Source of the DNA: Candidatus Eiseniibacteriota bacterium
GTDB taxonomy: Bacteria; Eisenbacteria; RBG-16-71-46; SZUA-252
Direction of reading: 5' to 3'
Assembly: GCA_031370645.1 (NCBI GenBank)
Contig: JANMQV010000210.1
Span: forward strand, 1-14,415
Length of the DNA: 14,415 nt
The notes beneath the pieces were generated by a model. The model made no database searches. It saw only the letters and a program-made list of their open reading frames with translations, and was not told where the DNA came from. This document shows positions 6,579 through 14,131 of this stretch, one piece after another (positions within the stretch are counted from its first letter, which is position 1; each line of letters opens with the position of its first letter). The translations under genes were made by a program, and so were the position numbers.

Positions 6579-7079
6579 TCAGCGCTTGGCGGCGCGCTCG
6601 GCGCGGAGCGGCGAGAGGACTTCCTTCTCGAACCGCGCCGCGTCGAACGCCTTGTCCAAATACGGAAGGACCACTTCGTCGGTCGTCGTGAAGTGGGCCG
6701 CGATGAGCCCGAGCATCCCGTAGGAAAGATGCATCAGTTTCCCGGAAGTGGCGCCTTTGGAGATCGCCTTCTCGAGCATCTCTAGCCGGCCGGACACGAG
6801 CGTGTGCTCGTAGCGGGCGAGCTCCGTCAGCTTCGCCCCCTCTCCCGCCGCCCAGTCGGCCGCCGGATAGAGCGAGTACTCCTCGGCGCGCATGTGAGGG
6901 ACGATCTGTCGCTTCACGAAGTCCACGACTTCCCGCGCCAGGCTCATCTGCTCGAGCGTCGTCTGTTCGTGGAGCTTCTCGAGACGCTCTCCGAGGGCGA
7001 GCGTCGTCGCGAGGAACTTGCCGTGCTCCTCGCGCAGGGATGCGGTCGGCGACGGCGTTCCGGTCGGTTCAGGGGTCAT
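6579..7079 (-). CDS. Hemerythrin-like (HHE cation-binding) domain protein
   Basis: LREEH...PHMRAEEYSLYP...RYEH...AHFTTTDEVVLP, a four-helix di-metal ligand pattern. Confidence 0.82.
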   Translation of the reverse strand: MTPEPTGTPSPTASLREEHGKFLATTLALGERLEKLHEQTTLEQMSLAREVVDFVKRQIVPHMRAEEYSLYPAADWAAGEGAKLTELARYEHTLVSGRLEMLEKAISKGATSGKLMHLSYGMLGLIAAHFTTTDEVVLPYLDKAFDAARFEKEVLSPLRAERAAKR

Positions 7080-7087
7080 TGAGCGGC

Positions 7088-7117
7088 AGTTTTGCGCGGC
7101 TCCACCCCCGGTGTCAA
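7088..7117 (-). promoter_or_regulatory. Putative sigma70-type promoter of the hemerythrin gene (leaderless or near-leaderless)
   Basis: Minus strand TTGACA (perfect -35, 7117-7112)-N18-AAAACT-N8-ATG(7079); no SD. Confidence 0.5.
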
Positions 7118-7180
7118 CCCTCTTCCCCCGGGTGCCGCGCGGGGCGATCGCCGCGGCCGCGGCGCGATCCGACTCGGCGG

Positions 7181-7209
7181 TTGCGCTTCCCTCCCCCCTG
7201 CCCTAGTGT
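7181..7209 (+). promoter_or_regulatory. Putative sigma70-type promoter for rpiB-pgi
   Basis: TTGCGC(7181-7186)-N17-TAGTGT(7204-7209), upstream of SD GGAGGAG and ATG 7262. Confidence 0.5.
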
Positions 7210-7261
7210 CGAATCGACGCGATTTCCGCACATCCGATCCTTTCCGGAGGAGCGTTTCGCC

Positions 7262-7720
7262 ATGAAGATCGCCATCGGCGCCGACCACGCCGGCTTCGAG
7301 TTGAAGGAACGGCTGAAGGGATACCTGACCGCACGCGGCCACGAGGTGCTCGACATGGGCACCGGCTCGTGCGAGTCGACCGACTATCCGGCCTACGCGT
7401 TTCTCGTCGCCGAGGCGGTCCGCGACGGCGCCGCGGCCCAGGGGATCCTCGTCTGCGATTCCGGAAATGGAATCGCGATCGCCGCGAACAAAGTCGAAGG
7501 AATCCGCGCGGCCATCGCCGTCACTCCCGACCACGCCTCGCTCGCACGGCGACACAACGACGCAAACGTCCTCGTGCTGGGAGCGAAGTTCCTTCCCCGC
7601 GAAGCCGAGGAGCCGACGCTCGACGCGTGGCTCTCGGCCGCCTTCGAGGGCGGGCGGCACGCTCGCCGCGTCGGGCAGATCACCGACTACGAACGAAAGC
7701 ACCAGCGAAGCGGCGCCTAA
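7262..7720 (+). CDS. rpiB: Ribose-5-phosphate isomerase B
   Basis: MKIAIGADHAGFELK, STDYP, GILVCDSGNGIAIAANKVEGIRAA, ARRHNDANVLVLGA, FEGGRHARRV. SD GGAGGAG before ATG 7262. Confidence 0.95.
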   Translation: MKIAIGADHAGFELKERLKGYLTARGHEVLDMGTGSCESTDYPAYAFLVAEAVRDGAAAQGILVCDSGNGIAIAANKVEGIRAAIAVTPDHASLARRHNDANVLVLGAKFLPREAEEPTLDAWLSAAFEGGRHARRVGQITDYERKHQRSGA

Positions 7721-7770
7721 AACCCCGCGCGCTCCGACCCGGTTTCGCGTTTCGAAGAGGAGCAACGAAC

Positions 7771-9525
7771 ATGTCCCGCATTGCCTCGAACCAAACCGAA
7801 CAGCCCGGATCGCTCGCCGCGTCGTACCGCGACGCGCTCGATCGACTCGTGGCGCAGCAGGCGCCCGCCCGGCTCTTCGATCGCGACCCTTTCCTCTGGA
7901 AGCGGGAGCCCGCACCGGCCGCCGTGATTCGGAATCGCCTCGGGTGGCTCGATTCACCGGCCTGGCTCGTGGCGCACCGGGATGAACTCCGCGGCTTCGC
8001 TGCCGCCGTTCGATCGGAGGGCTTCACACGGATCGTCCTCCTCGGCATGGGAGGCTCGAGCCTCGCGCCCGAGGTGCTGCAGCGGTCGCTCCGCCCCGGG
8101 CCGGGTACGCCGACTCTCTCCGTGCTCGATTCGACCGACCCCGCCGCGCTTCGTAGCGCGGAAGCGGGTGCGCGCCTCGATCGGACGTTCTTCCTCGTCT
8201 CGAGTAAGTCGGGCTCGACGGTGGAGACGCGCTCCCAGTACCGCTATTTCCGCGCCGCGCTGGAGGCGGCCGGCATCCGCGACGCCGGCACTCGATTCGC
8301 GGCGGTCACCGACGAGGGATCGGCGCTCGACACGCTCGCCGTGAAGGAAGGGTTTCGCGCCGTCTTTCGGAATCCGCCCGACATCGGAGGGCGCTACTCG
8401 GCGCTCTCCTACTTCGGCATGGTGCCGGCCGCGCTGCTCGGGCTCGATCTCGATACGCTGGCCTCGCGCGCGGCGCGGGCGCGGACCGCGGCGACCGAGC
8501 GCGATCCCGCCTCCAATCCCGCCCTTCGCCTCGGCGCGTTCCTCGCCGGCGCCGCGAAAGCGGGGCGCGACAAGCTGACGCTGCTCACGCCGCCGGCGCT
8601 TCGCCCGCTCGGATACTGGATCGAGCAGCTGGTGGCGGAGTCGACCGGGAAGGAGGGACGAGGCCTTATCCCCATCGAAGGGGAGCCGCTCGGCCCCGCG
8701 CACCATTATGGTGGCGATCGCGTCTTTGTCTGCCTGACGCTCGCGGGACCGCCCGACGCCGATCTCGACAGGCTGCAGGGCGACCTCTCCCGAATCGGTG
8801 CCCCCACGGCCCGAATCGAACTACCCGACACCGAGGAGATCGCGGGCGAATTCTTCCGGTGGGAGGCGGCGACCGCGTTCGCGGGCGCGGCGCTCGGGAT
8901 CAATCCCTTCGACGAGCCGAACGTGCAGGAGAGCAAGGACGCCACACAGCGCCTTCTCGGAGCGCTCGCGCGGGACGGCCGTTTCCCCGAGGAAACCCCA
9001 CGAGCCGAGGACGAAGGCGTCGCCATCGGCGCGAACGCGGAGATCTGGGAGCGCATGACCGCCGGCTTGCCTGCGCATTCGAGTCTCGAGTTCGCGCTCC
9101 AGCGCTTCCTCTCGCTCGCGCGTAAAGACGACTACCTCGCCGTGCTCGCCTACATCGAACGGACGGCTGAGAGCGAGTCGGCGTTCGCGAATCTCCGCCG
9201 CGCGGTTCGAAACGCGACGCACCTTCCGGTCCTACAAGGCTACGGCCCTCGATATCTCCATTCGATCGGCCAACTCTACAAGGGAGGGCCGGCGACGGGG
9301 CTCTTCCTCGTCCTTACGGCCGACGCCCCACCCGGGACGGACGCGGCGATTCCCGGGAGCGACTTCTCCTTCGCGCAGCTTCTTCGCGCGCAGGCGCTCG
9401 GCGACATGGAATCGCTCGCGGCCCACGACAAGCCGGCGCTTCGCCTTCATCTAGGACGCGGCGTGACGGCGGGGCTGGCGGTGGTGAATCAAGCGATCGA
9501 GCGGGCGGTAGCGGCGAAGGTTTGA
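7771..9525 (+). CDS. pgi: Glucose-6-phosphate isomerase of the type usually seen as the C-terminal half of Tal-Pgi fusions, 584 aa
   Basis: NRLGWL, LLGMGGSSLAPEV, SSKSGSTVET, DIGGRYSALSYFG, WIEQLVAESTGKEG, INPFDEPNVQESK, GYGPRYLHSIGQLYKGGP. ATG 7771 follows SD GAGGAG. Confidence 0.88.
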   Translation: MSRIASNQTEQPGSLAASYRDALDRLVAQQAPARLFDRDPFLWKREPAPAAVIRNRLGWLDSPAWLVAHRDELRGFAAAVRSEGFTRIVLLGMGGSSLAPEVLQRSLRPGPGTPTLSVLDSTDPAALRSAEAGARLDRTFFLVSSKSGSTVETRSQYRYFRAALEAAGIRDAGTRFAAVTDEGSALDTLAVKEGFRAVFRNPPDIGGRYSALSYFGMVPAALLGLDLDTLASRAARARTAATERDPASNPALRLGAFLAGAAKAGRDKLTLLTPPALRPLGYWIEQLVAESTGKEGRGLIPIEGEPLGPAHHYGGDRVFVCLTLAGPPDADLDRLQGDLSRIGAPTARIELPDTEEIAGEFFRWEAATAFAGAALGINPFDEPNVQESKDATQRLLGALARDGRFPEETPRAEDEGVAIGANAEIWERMTAGLPAHSSLEFALQRFLSLARKDDYLAVLAYIERTAESESAFANLRRAVRNATHLPVLQGYGPRYLHSIGQLYKGGPATGLFLVLTADAPPGTDAAIPGSDFSFAQLLRAQALGDMESLAAHDKPALRLHLGRGVTAGLAVVNQAIERAVAAKV

Positions 9526-9538
9526 AGCGCGTGCGGCG

Positions 9539-10402
9539 CTATCGCCGCACGGTTCCGAGAAAGGCGTAGGCGAGCTCCCACTCGCTTCCCCGTAGCGCGC
9601 TTCGCCCGGAGAGCGTCCGGCGCCACGTGAGCGAGAGTTCACTCCCCCCGCGCCATCCGAGCGCGACCGTTGGAGAGAGTCGTCGCGCGTCCCGCGCCCC
9701 TGCATTCGCGGACAAATCTCCCTCCATGCCGGTCGCGACGCGGCGAGCGTCGACGCGATCGTAACGAAGCCGCAGGCGAAGCGGCCCGCATGGCGAAACT
9801 CCCGCTTCCGCATCGGCGAACCACTCGTCCGAGGCCTGGCCCGCGCGCGCTCGATAACCCGCGCTCGCCTGGACATACCCGTTAGCCACCGGGAGCGATC
9901 TTCCGAGGGACGCGCTGAGCGCGAACGACGCCGATTCACTTCCGATGCGCGGCGAATCATCGCTCCGCCGGTCGACGAGACGAAGCGGGATCGAAAGGTT
10001 CGGTTCGAGCGCCGCCGCCCACCGGCCGCGCGAGAGAGGAAGGCGAGCGCCAAGCTGGAGATCGGGAATCCCGATCGAAAGCCCGCGGACATCGCCCGCG
10101 ACCTCCCGATCGTGCGCTTCCAAGTCGGCCACTTTCAGGAGCGCGCCGGCGACGAGCGTCACATCGCGAGAGACGCCGTACTCGGCGTAGAGGCTCGAAC
10201 CGGTCTCAGAGTAGCGTCCCGATTCGACGACGGCAGGATCGAAGAGAGGGCGCGATTTCCCGGTCACGTCGAATTCTTCCACGCCGCGGCTCCGAAAGAG
10301 GGCGGCCTTCACGTAGGATTCGCCTGGGGCGCGAAGCCATGCCCCGGCGAGCGCGGGCAACGGCGGCGGGATCATCAGGAGCGCAACGGAGAGGAAGAGC
10401 AC
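9539..10402 (-). CDS. Hypothetical exported protein, probable outer-membrane beta-barrel (start uncertain)
   Basis: Hydrophobic leader ...LFLSVALLMIPPPLPALA, then mature GAWLRAPGESYVKA. Alternating amphipathic strands include SLYAEYGVS, DLQLGARL, GYVQASAGYR, LRLRLRYD, ELSLTWRR and WELAYAF. Start may be GTG 10402, ATG 10375 or further upstream. The track extension to 11338 overlaps another gene. Confidence 0.6.
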   Translation of the reverse strand: MLFLSVALLMIPPPLPALAGAWLRAPGESYVKAALFRSRGVEEFDVTGKSRPLFDPAVVESGRYSETGSSLYAEYGVSRDVTLVAGALLKVADLEAHDREVAGDVRGLSIGIPDLQLGARLPLSRGRWAAALEPNLSIPLRLVDRRSDDSPRIGSESASFALSASLGRSLPVANGYVQASAGYRARAGQASDEWFADAEAGVSPCGPLRLRLRYDRVDARRVATGMEGDLSANAGARDARRLSPTVALGWRGGSELSLTWRRTLSGRSALRGSEWELAYAFLGTVRR

Positions 10403-10473
10403 GAGGATGATGCGGGATGAACAGGCGAGAGTGACGCTACTTGCCGCGAGACGACCGCGGCGACCGGCAGTCG

Positions 10474-11310
10474 CTACGGAGTCCCCCCAAGGCGTGCGCG
10501 AATCGGGGCATACGGCTGCTGCTCGCAGGGAAGCCCCGCGTCGAGACCCATTCCGGAGAGTTCCGCGCGGATTCCGCTCAACCGCTTGTCGAGCGGGGTC
10601 TGCCGATCGTCCGCAGCTTCCCAGTAACCGGAGAGCCCGCGAGTCGCCGGCGGCAGAAACGCCTCGATCGAGCGCGCGTACCCCTCGGAGGTGAATCCGA
10701 TGCGCGCGAGGTAGAGGAGCGTGAGCTTGTCGGCGTCCGATTCCCAATCTCGCGGATATCCCTTCAGGCCTCGGAGCGCGACGCGCGCCTTCTCGACCCC
10801 TTCCCGGCGATCGGCGGCGCCCAGGATTTCCCGGATCCCCGTCGGGCCCACGCCGTTCACCCGCTCGAGCGCCTTGGCGGGGTGGCCGAGGGATGCGTGC
10901 GCCATCATGTGAGCCAGTACGGCCGCCACCTCGCATTGGGACCGAAGCTGCTTGAGGAGCCCCACGGAAACGTAGATATACCCGCCTGGGAGGGCGAGAC
11001 CTCGCGGCGTCTCTCCGCGGAGGACCCGGAAGGTATAGGGGATCGTCGGCCGATCTGAAAGTCTCGCAAGCTTTTGCCCAATTTGGTTCACGTAACTTGA
11101 TACCTGTCGATCGATGAACACGCTCTCGCTGTCCTCGAAGGCAGCGGCGACGCGCGCCCCCAGCACGCGATCCTCGGCGTCCCCCATCACGACCGGGGGC
11201 TGCGTCGCCCTGCGCGCGGACGAGCAGCCGGCGACCAGGGCTACCAGAGCCACCAGGAGAGCAGAGAGGAAGAGGGCCGAACGAAGGGCGGCGAATCGAA
11301 ATCGAGGCAC
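10474..11310 (-). CDS. M48 peptidase-fold lipoprotein (BepA/LoiP-like) with degenerate active site HMMAH
   Basis: Lipobox LVAGC, YVNQIGQKLA, YTFRVL, LALPGGYIYVSVGLL, EVAAVLAHMMAH, YPRDWESDAD. The Glu of HExxH is replaced by Met. Confidence 0.85.
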   Translation of the reverse strand: MPRFRFAALRSALFLSALLVALVALVAGCSSARRATQPPVVMGDAEDRVLGARVAAAFEDSESVFIDRQVSSYVNQIGQKLARLSDRPTIPYTFRVLRGETPRGLALPGGYIYVSVGLLKQLRSQCEVAAVLAHMMAHASLGHPAKALERVNGVGPTGIREILGAADRREGVEKARVALRGLKGYPRDWESDADKLTLLYLARIGFTSEGYARSIEAFLPPATRGLSGYWEAADDRQTPLDKRLSGIRAELSGMGLDAGLPCEQQPYAPIRARLGGTP

Positions 11311-11316
11311 GACGGC

Positions 11317-11345
11317 ACGCTAGCCCGGATCGCTTCAAAGGTCAA
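11317..11345 (-). promoter_or_regulatory. Putative sigma70-type promoter for a leaderless M48-lipoprotein transcript
   Basis: Minus strand TTGACC(11345-11340)-N17-TAGCGT(11322-11317)-N6-GTG(11310); no SD. Confidence 0.6.
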
Positions 11346-11349
11346 TCGC

Positions 11350-11379
11350 TTGCGCCCTTGTTTCGGCATGCGGCATGAT
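11350..11379 (+). promoter_or_regulatory. Putative sigma70-type promoter for VOC-tal-gnd-zwf
   Basis: TTGCGC(11350-11355)-N18-CATGAT(11374-11379), back-to-back with the divergent promoter. Confidence 0.4.
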
Positions 11380-11471
11380 CGGGGGATGGCGCGGCAGGGA
11401 GCCCCCGCACTCGGCTCCGGCGCGCCCCTGCGCCGGTAGCGCTAGGAGAAGTTCAGCCCAAGGAGGATACG

Positions 11472-12047
11472 ATGCCCGCCCGCAAGAAGTCCCGTCGCCC
11501 TGCGAAGAAGAGTTCGCGAGGCAAGAGCGCCCCGAAGCGGAAGGCGGCCCCCCGGAAGGCCGCGAAGAAGCCCGCGAAGAAGAGCGCCAAGAAGAGCGCG
11601 AGGAAGGTGACGCGCGCCACGTCGCGGCCGAAGCCCGCGCCGTCGATGCCGAAGGCGCCGCCGAACGACATCGGACTCGTCATGCACCACCTCGACTACA
11701 CGACGCACAACACCGAGGGCGTGAAACGCTTCTACGTCGAAACGCTAGGGTTCACCGAGTTCGACCACGATCCGCAATTCCAATACCTCTTCGTGCGGAC
11801 CGGGCATACGTCGAGCGTCGGATTCATGCCGCCGATGCCGGGGATGGGAGAACCGAGTCCGGCGAAGGAGCCGACGCTTTACTTCATCGTGAGCGATGTC
11901 GACAAGGCGTACGCCAAGCTCGCCGCGAAGGGCGTCCACTTCGAAGGTCCGCCGGCCGACATGCCGTGGGGACACCGCGTCGTCGGGACGGTTGATCCCG
12001 AAGGGCGCCGCGTCCTGCTCGCCACTCCGAAGCCGAAGAATTCCTAA
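11472..12047 (+). CDS. VOC/glyoxalase-bleomycin-resistance family protein with a Lys/Ala/Arg-rich histone-H1-like N-terminal tail
   Basis: HHLDYTT...KRFYVETLGF, TLYFIVSDVDKAYAKLAAKGV, DMPWGHR, DPEGRRV. About 60 N-terminal residues are basic and low-complexity. SD AAGGAGG. Confidence 0.88.
   Translation: MPARKKSRRPAKKSSRGKSAPKRKAAPRKAAKKPAKKSAKKSARKVTRATSRPKPAPSMPKAPPNDIGLVMHHLDYTTHNTEGVKRFYVETLGFTEFDHDPQFQYLFVRTGHTSSVGFMPPMPGMGEPSPAKEPTLYFIVSDVDKAYAKLAAKGVHFEGPPADMPWGHRVVGTVDPEGRRVLLATPKPKNS
11562..11609 (+). repeat. Four imperfect 12-nt tandem repeats encoding AKKP/AKKS/AKKS/ARKV
   Basis: gcgaagaagccc gcgaagaagagc gccaagaagagc gcgaggaaggtg. Confidence 0.8.
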
Positions 12048-12069
12048 CCAAGTCTCGAGGAGATCGACG

Positions 12070-13215
12070 ATGAAGCCCTCCCCCGCGGTCGCGCTGCACG
12101 AACTGGGTCAGAGTCTCTGGCTCGATACCATTAGCGATGGACTCTTGACGTCTGGCGAGTTGGCGCGGATGGTCGCGGAAGGAACGGTTTACGGCGTCAC
12201 CTCGAATCCCACTATCTTCCGAGGCGCGATCGGCGGCGGCCGGTTCGGATACCCCGCCGCCATCGCGCGCCTCGCATCGGAAGGCAAGACCCCCGACGAA
12301 ATCTACGACGCGCTCGCCGTGCACGACATCGTCCGCACCGCCGACGTCCTCGCCGGCGCTTTTCGCGCGGGGAGCGGCCGAGACGGCTTCGTGAGTCTCG
12401 AGGTCTCGCCCGATCTCGCGGACGACACGGCCGCCACCGTCGCGGAGGCGCGGCGGCTCTGGAAGCTGGTTTCGAGACCCAACCTGCTCGTGAAGGTCCC
12501 CGGGACGCCCGCCGGCATTCCGGCGATTGAATCGCTAACCTCCGAGGGGATCAGCGTGAACGTGACGCTCCTCTTCTCCCGCCCGCAAGTCGCCGCGGTC
12601 GCCGACGCCTACCGGCGCGGCGTGGAACGGCGGCTCGCGGCGGGCGGGTCGATCGAGGGGCTTCATTCCGTAGCAAGCGTCTTCGTGAGCCGCCTCGATA
12701 CCGCGGTCGACAAGGAGCTCGAGTCGCGCGCGGCCGCCGCCGCCGCGCCCGCGGAGCGCGAACGGCTTCTCTCGCTCCGGGGTGCCGCAGCCGTGGCCAA
12801 CGCCCTCGACGTCTGGGAGGAGTACCGCGCGCAGTTCTTCGGCGCCCGATTCGATGTTCTCCGCGCGCGCGGCGCCCGCCCTCAGTGGATGCTCTGGGCG
12901 AGCACGGGCACGAAGAATCCCTCCTACTCCGACGTGAAGTACGTCGAGGAGCTGGCGGGCCCCGACACGATCAACACCGCCCCGCGCGAAACGATCGACG
13001 CGTGGCTCGATCACGGCCGCGTCGAGGGAAACCGACTCGATCCGCGGATCGAGACCGCGCGAAAGACGCGCGCGGCGTTCGCCGAGGCCGGCATTTCCCT
13101 GGAACAACACTGCGCGAAATTGTTGGACGACGGCGTGAAGTCGTTTGCCCAGTCGTTCCGCGAGATGATGGACACGATCCGCGAGCGCTCCGCCGCGCTC
13201 GCGCCGCGGCGCTAG
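12070..13215 (+). CDS. tal: Transaldolase (long, about 380-aa type)
   Basis: GQSLWLD, GVTSNPTIF, GFVSLEVSP, NLLVKVPGT (Schiff-base Lys), VNVTLLFS, SVASVFVSRLD, LWASTGTKNPSYSDVKYVEEL. ATG 12070 follows GAGGAG. Confidence 0.95.
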   Translation: MKPSPAVALHELGQSLWLDTISDGLLTSGELARMVAEGTVYGVTSNPTIFRGAIGGGRFGYPAAIARLASEGKTPDEIYDALAVHDIVRTADVLAGAFRAGSGRDGFVSLEVSPDLADDTAATVAEARRLWKLVSRPNLLVKVPGTPAGIPAIESLTSEGISVNVTLLFSRPQVAAVADAYRRGVERRLAAGGSIEGLHSVASVFVSRLDTAVDKELESRAAAAAAPAERERLLSLRGAAAVANALDVWEEYRAQFFGARFDVLRARGARPQWMLWASTGTKNPSYSDVKYVEELAGPDTINTAPRETIDAWLDHGRVEGNRLDPRIETARKTRAAFAEAGISLEQHCAKLLDDGVKSFAQSFREMMDTIRERSAALAPRR

Positions 13216-13231
13216 GCCGCCCGGAGGCGGG

Positions 13232-14131
13232 ATGGAACTCGGATTCGTCGGACTCGGCCGCATGGGGAAGAACATGGTGTTTCGCCTCCTGAAGGGCGGG
13301 CACCGGGTGGTGGGATGGGCGCGGTCGGCCGAGACGGTGGCCGAGGTGGTGCGCGAGGGAGCGATCGGGGCGACGAGTCTCGCCGACGTCGTGGCCCGGC
13401 TCGAGTCGAAGCCGCGGGCCGTCTGGGTGATGGTGCCCTCGGGAGATCCCACGGAGGAGACGATCCGCCAGTTGGCCGGGCTCCTCCAGCCGGGCGACAC
13501 GGTCATCGACGGCGGCAATTCGAACTACAAGGACTCGGTCCGGCGCGCGGCCATCCTCGCCGAACGGAAGATCGACTTCGTCGATTCGGGGACCTCGGGC
13601 GGAATCTGGGGACTCGCGAACGGCTATTGCATCATGGTGGGTGGGAGTGCTGAAGTCTGCCGGCGGCTCGAGCCGGTCTTCACCACGCTTGCTCCCCCCG
13701 ACGGCTACGCCCACGTCGGCCCGAACGGCGCCGGGCACCTGGTCAAGATGATCCACAACGGAATCGAGTACGGCATGATGCAGGCGTACGCCGAGGGTTT
13801 CGAAATCCTGAAGGCGTCGCCCTACAAGCTCGACCTCGGGAAGATCGCCGCCCTCTGGCAGCACGGAAGCGTGGTCCGTTCGTGGCTCCTCGACCTGACC
13901 GTGGACGCGCTACGCGAGGATCCAAACTTGGACCGCGTGGCCGATTACGTAGAGGATTCAGGTGAAGGGCGCTGGACGGTCATCGAGTCGGTGGAGCGCG
14001 CGGTGCCCGCTCCGGTCCTCACTCTGGCGCTTCAAGCACGCTTCCGCTCACGGCAAGAGTCGTCCTTCCAAGGAAAACTCCTCGCGGCGATGCGGAACAA
14101 ATTCGGCGGCCACGCGGTGAAGAAGGCGTGA
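13232..14131 (+). CDS. gnd: 6-phosphogluconate dehydrogenase, decarboxylating (short, about 300-aa YqeC/GntZ-like form)
   Basis: GFVGLGRMG, VWVMVPSG, IDGGNSNYKD, DSGTSGGIWG, AGHLVKMIHNGIEYGMMQAYAEG, DSGEGRWT, MRNKFGGH. Confidence 0.95.
   Translation: MELGFVGLGRMGKNMVFRLLKGGHRVVGWARSAETVAEVVREGAIGATSLADVVARLESKPRAVWVMVPSGDPTEETIRQLAGLLQPGDTVIDGGNSNYKDSVRRAAILAERKIDFVDSGTSGGIWGLANGYCIMVGGSAEVCRRLEPVFTTLAPPDGYAHVGPNGAGHLVKMIHNGIEYGMMQAYAEGFEILKASPYKLDLGKIAALWQHGSVVRSWLLDLTVDALREDPNLDRVADYVEDSGEGRWTVIESVERAVPAPVLTLALQARFRSRQESSFQGKLLAAMRNKFGGHAVKKA

Noticed and set aside
7369-7770. Track extensions of pgi (7369), rpiB (7040), tal (11896), NTase (3422) and Trx-NHL (2105)
   Set aside because: They overlap neighbouring genes or promoter regions. 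Downstream starts have SDs or promoter support and match family N-termini.
11230-11260. 9-nt repeats encoding LVA-LVA-LVA
   Set aside because: Low-complexity hydrophobic core of a lipoprotein signal peptide, with synonymous divergence between copies.
10403-11338. N-terminal extension of the 599-aa ORF 9539..11338
   Set aside because: Arg/Gly/Pro-rich nonsense sequence overlapping the M48-fold gene in another frame.
11386-11440. Structured RNA in the VOC leader (GCAGGG/CCCTGC, GGAGCC/GGCTCC)
   Set aside because: Short, mutually overlapping GC helices with no recognisable riboswitch or tRNA motif.
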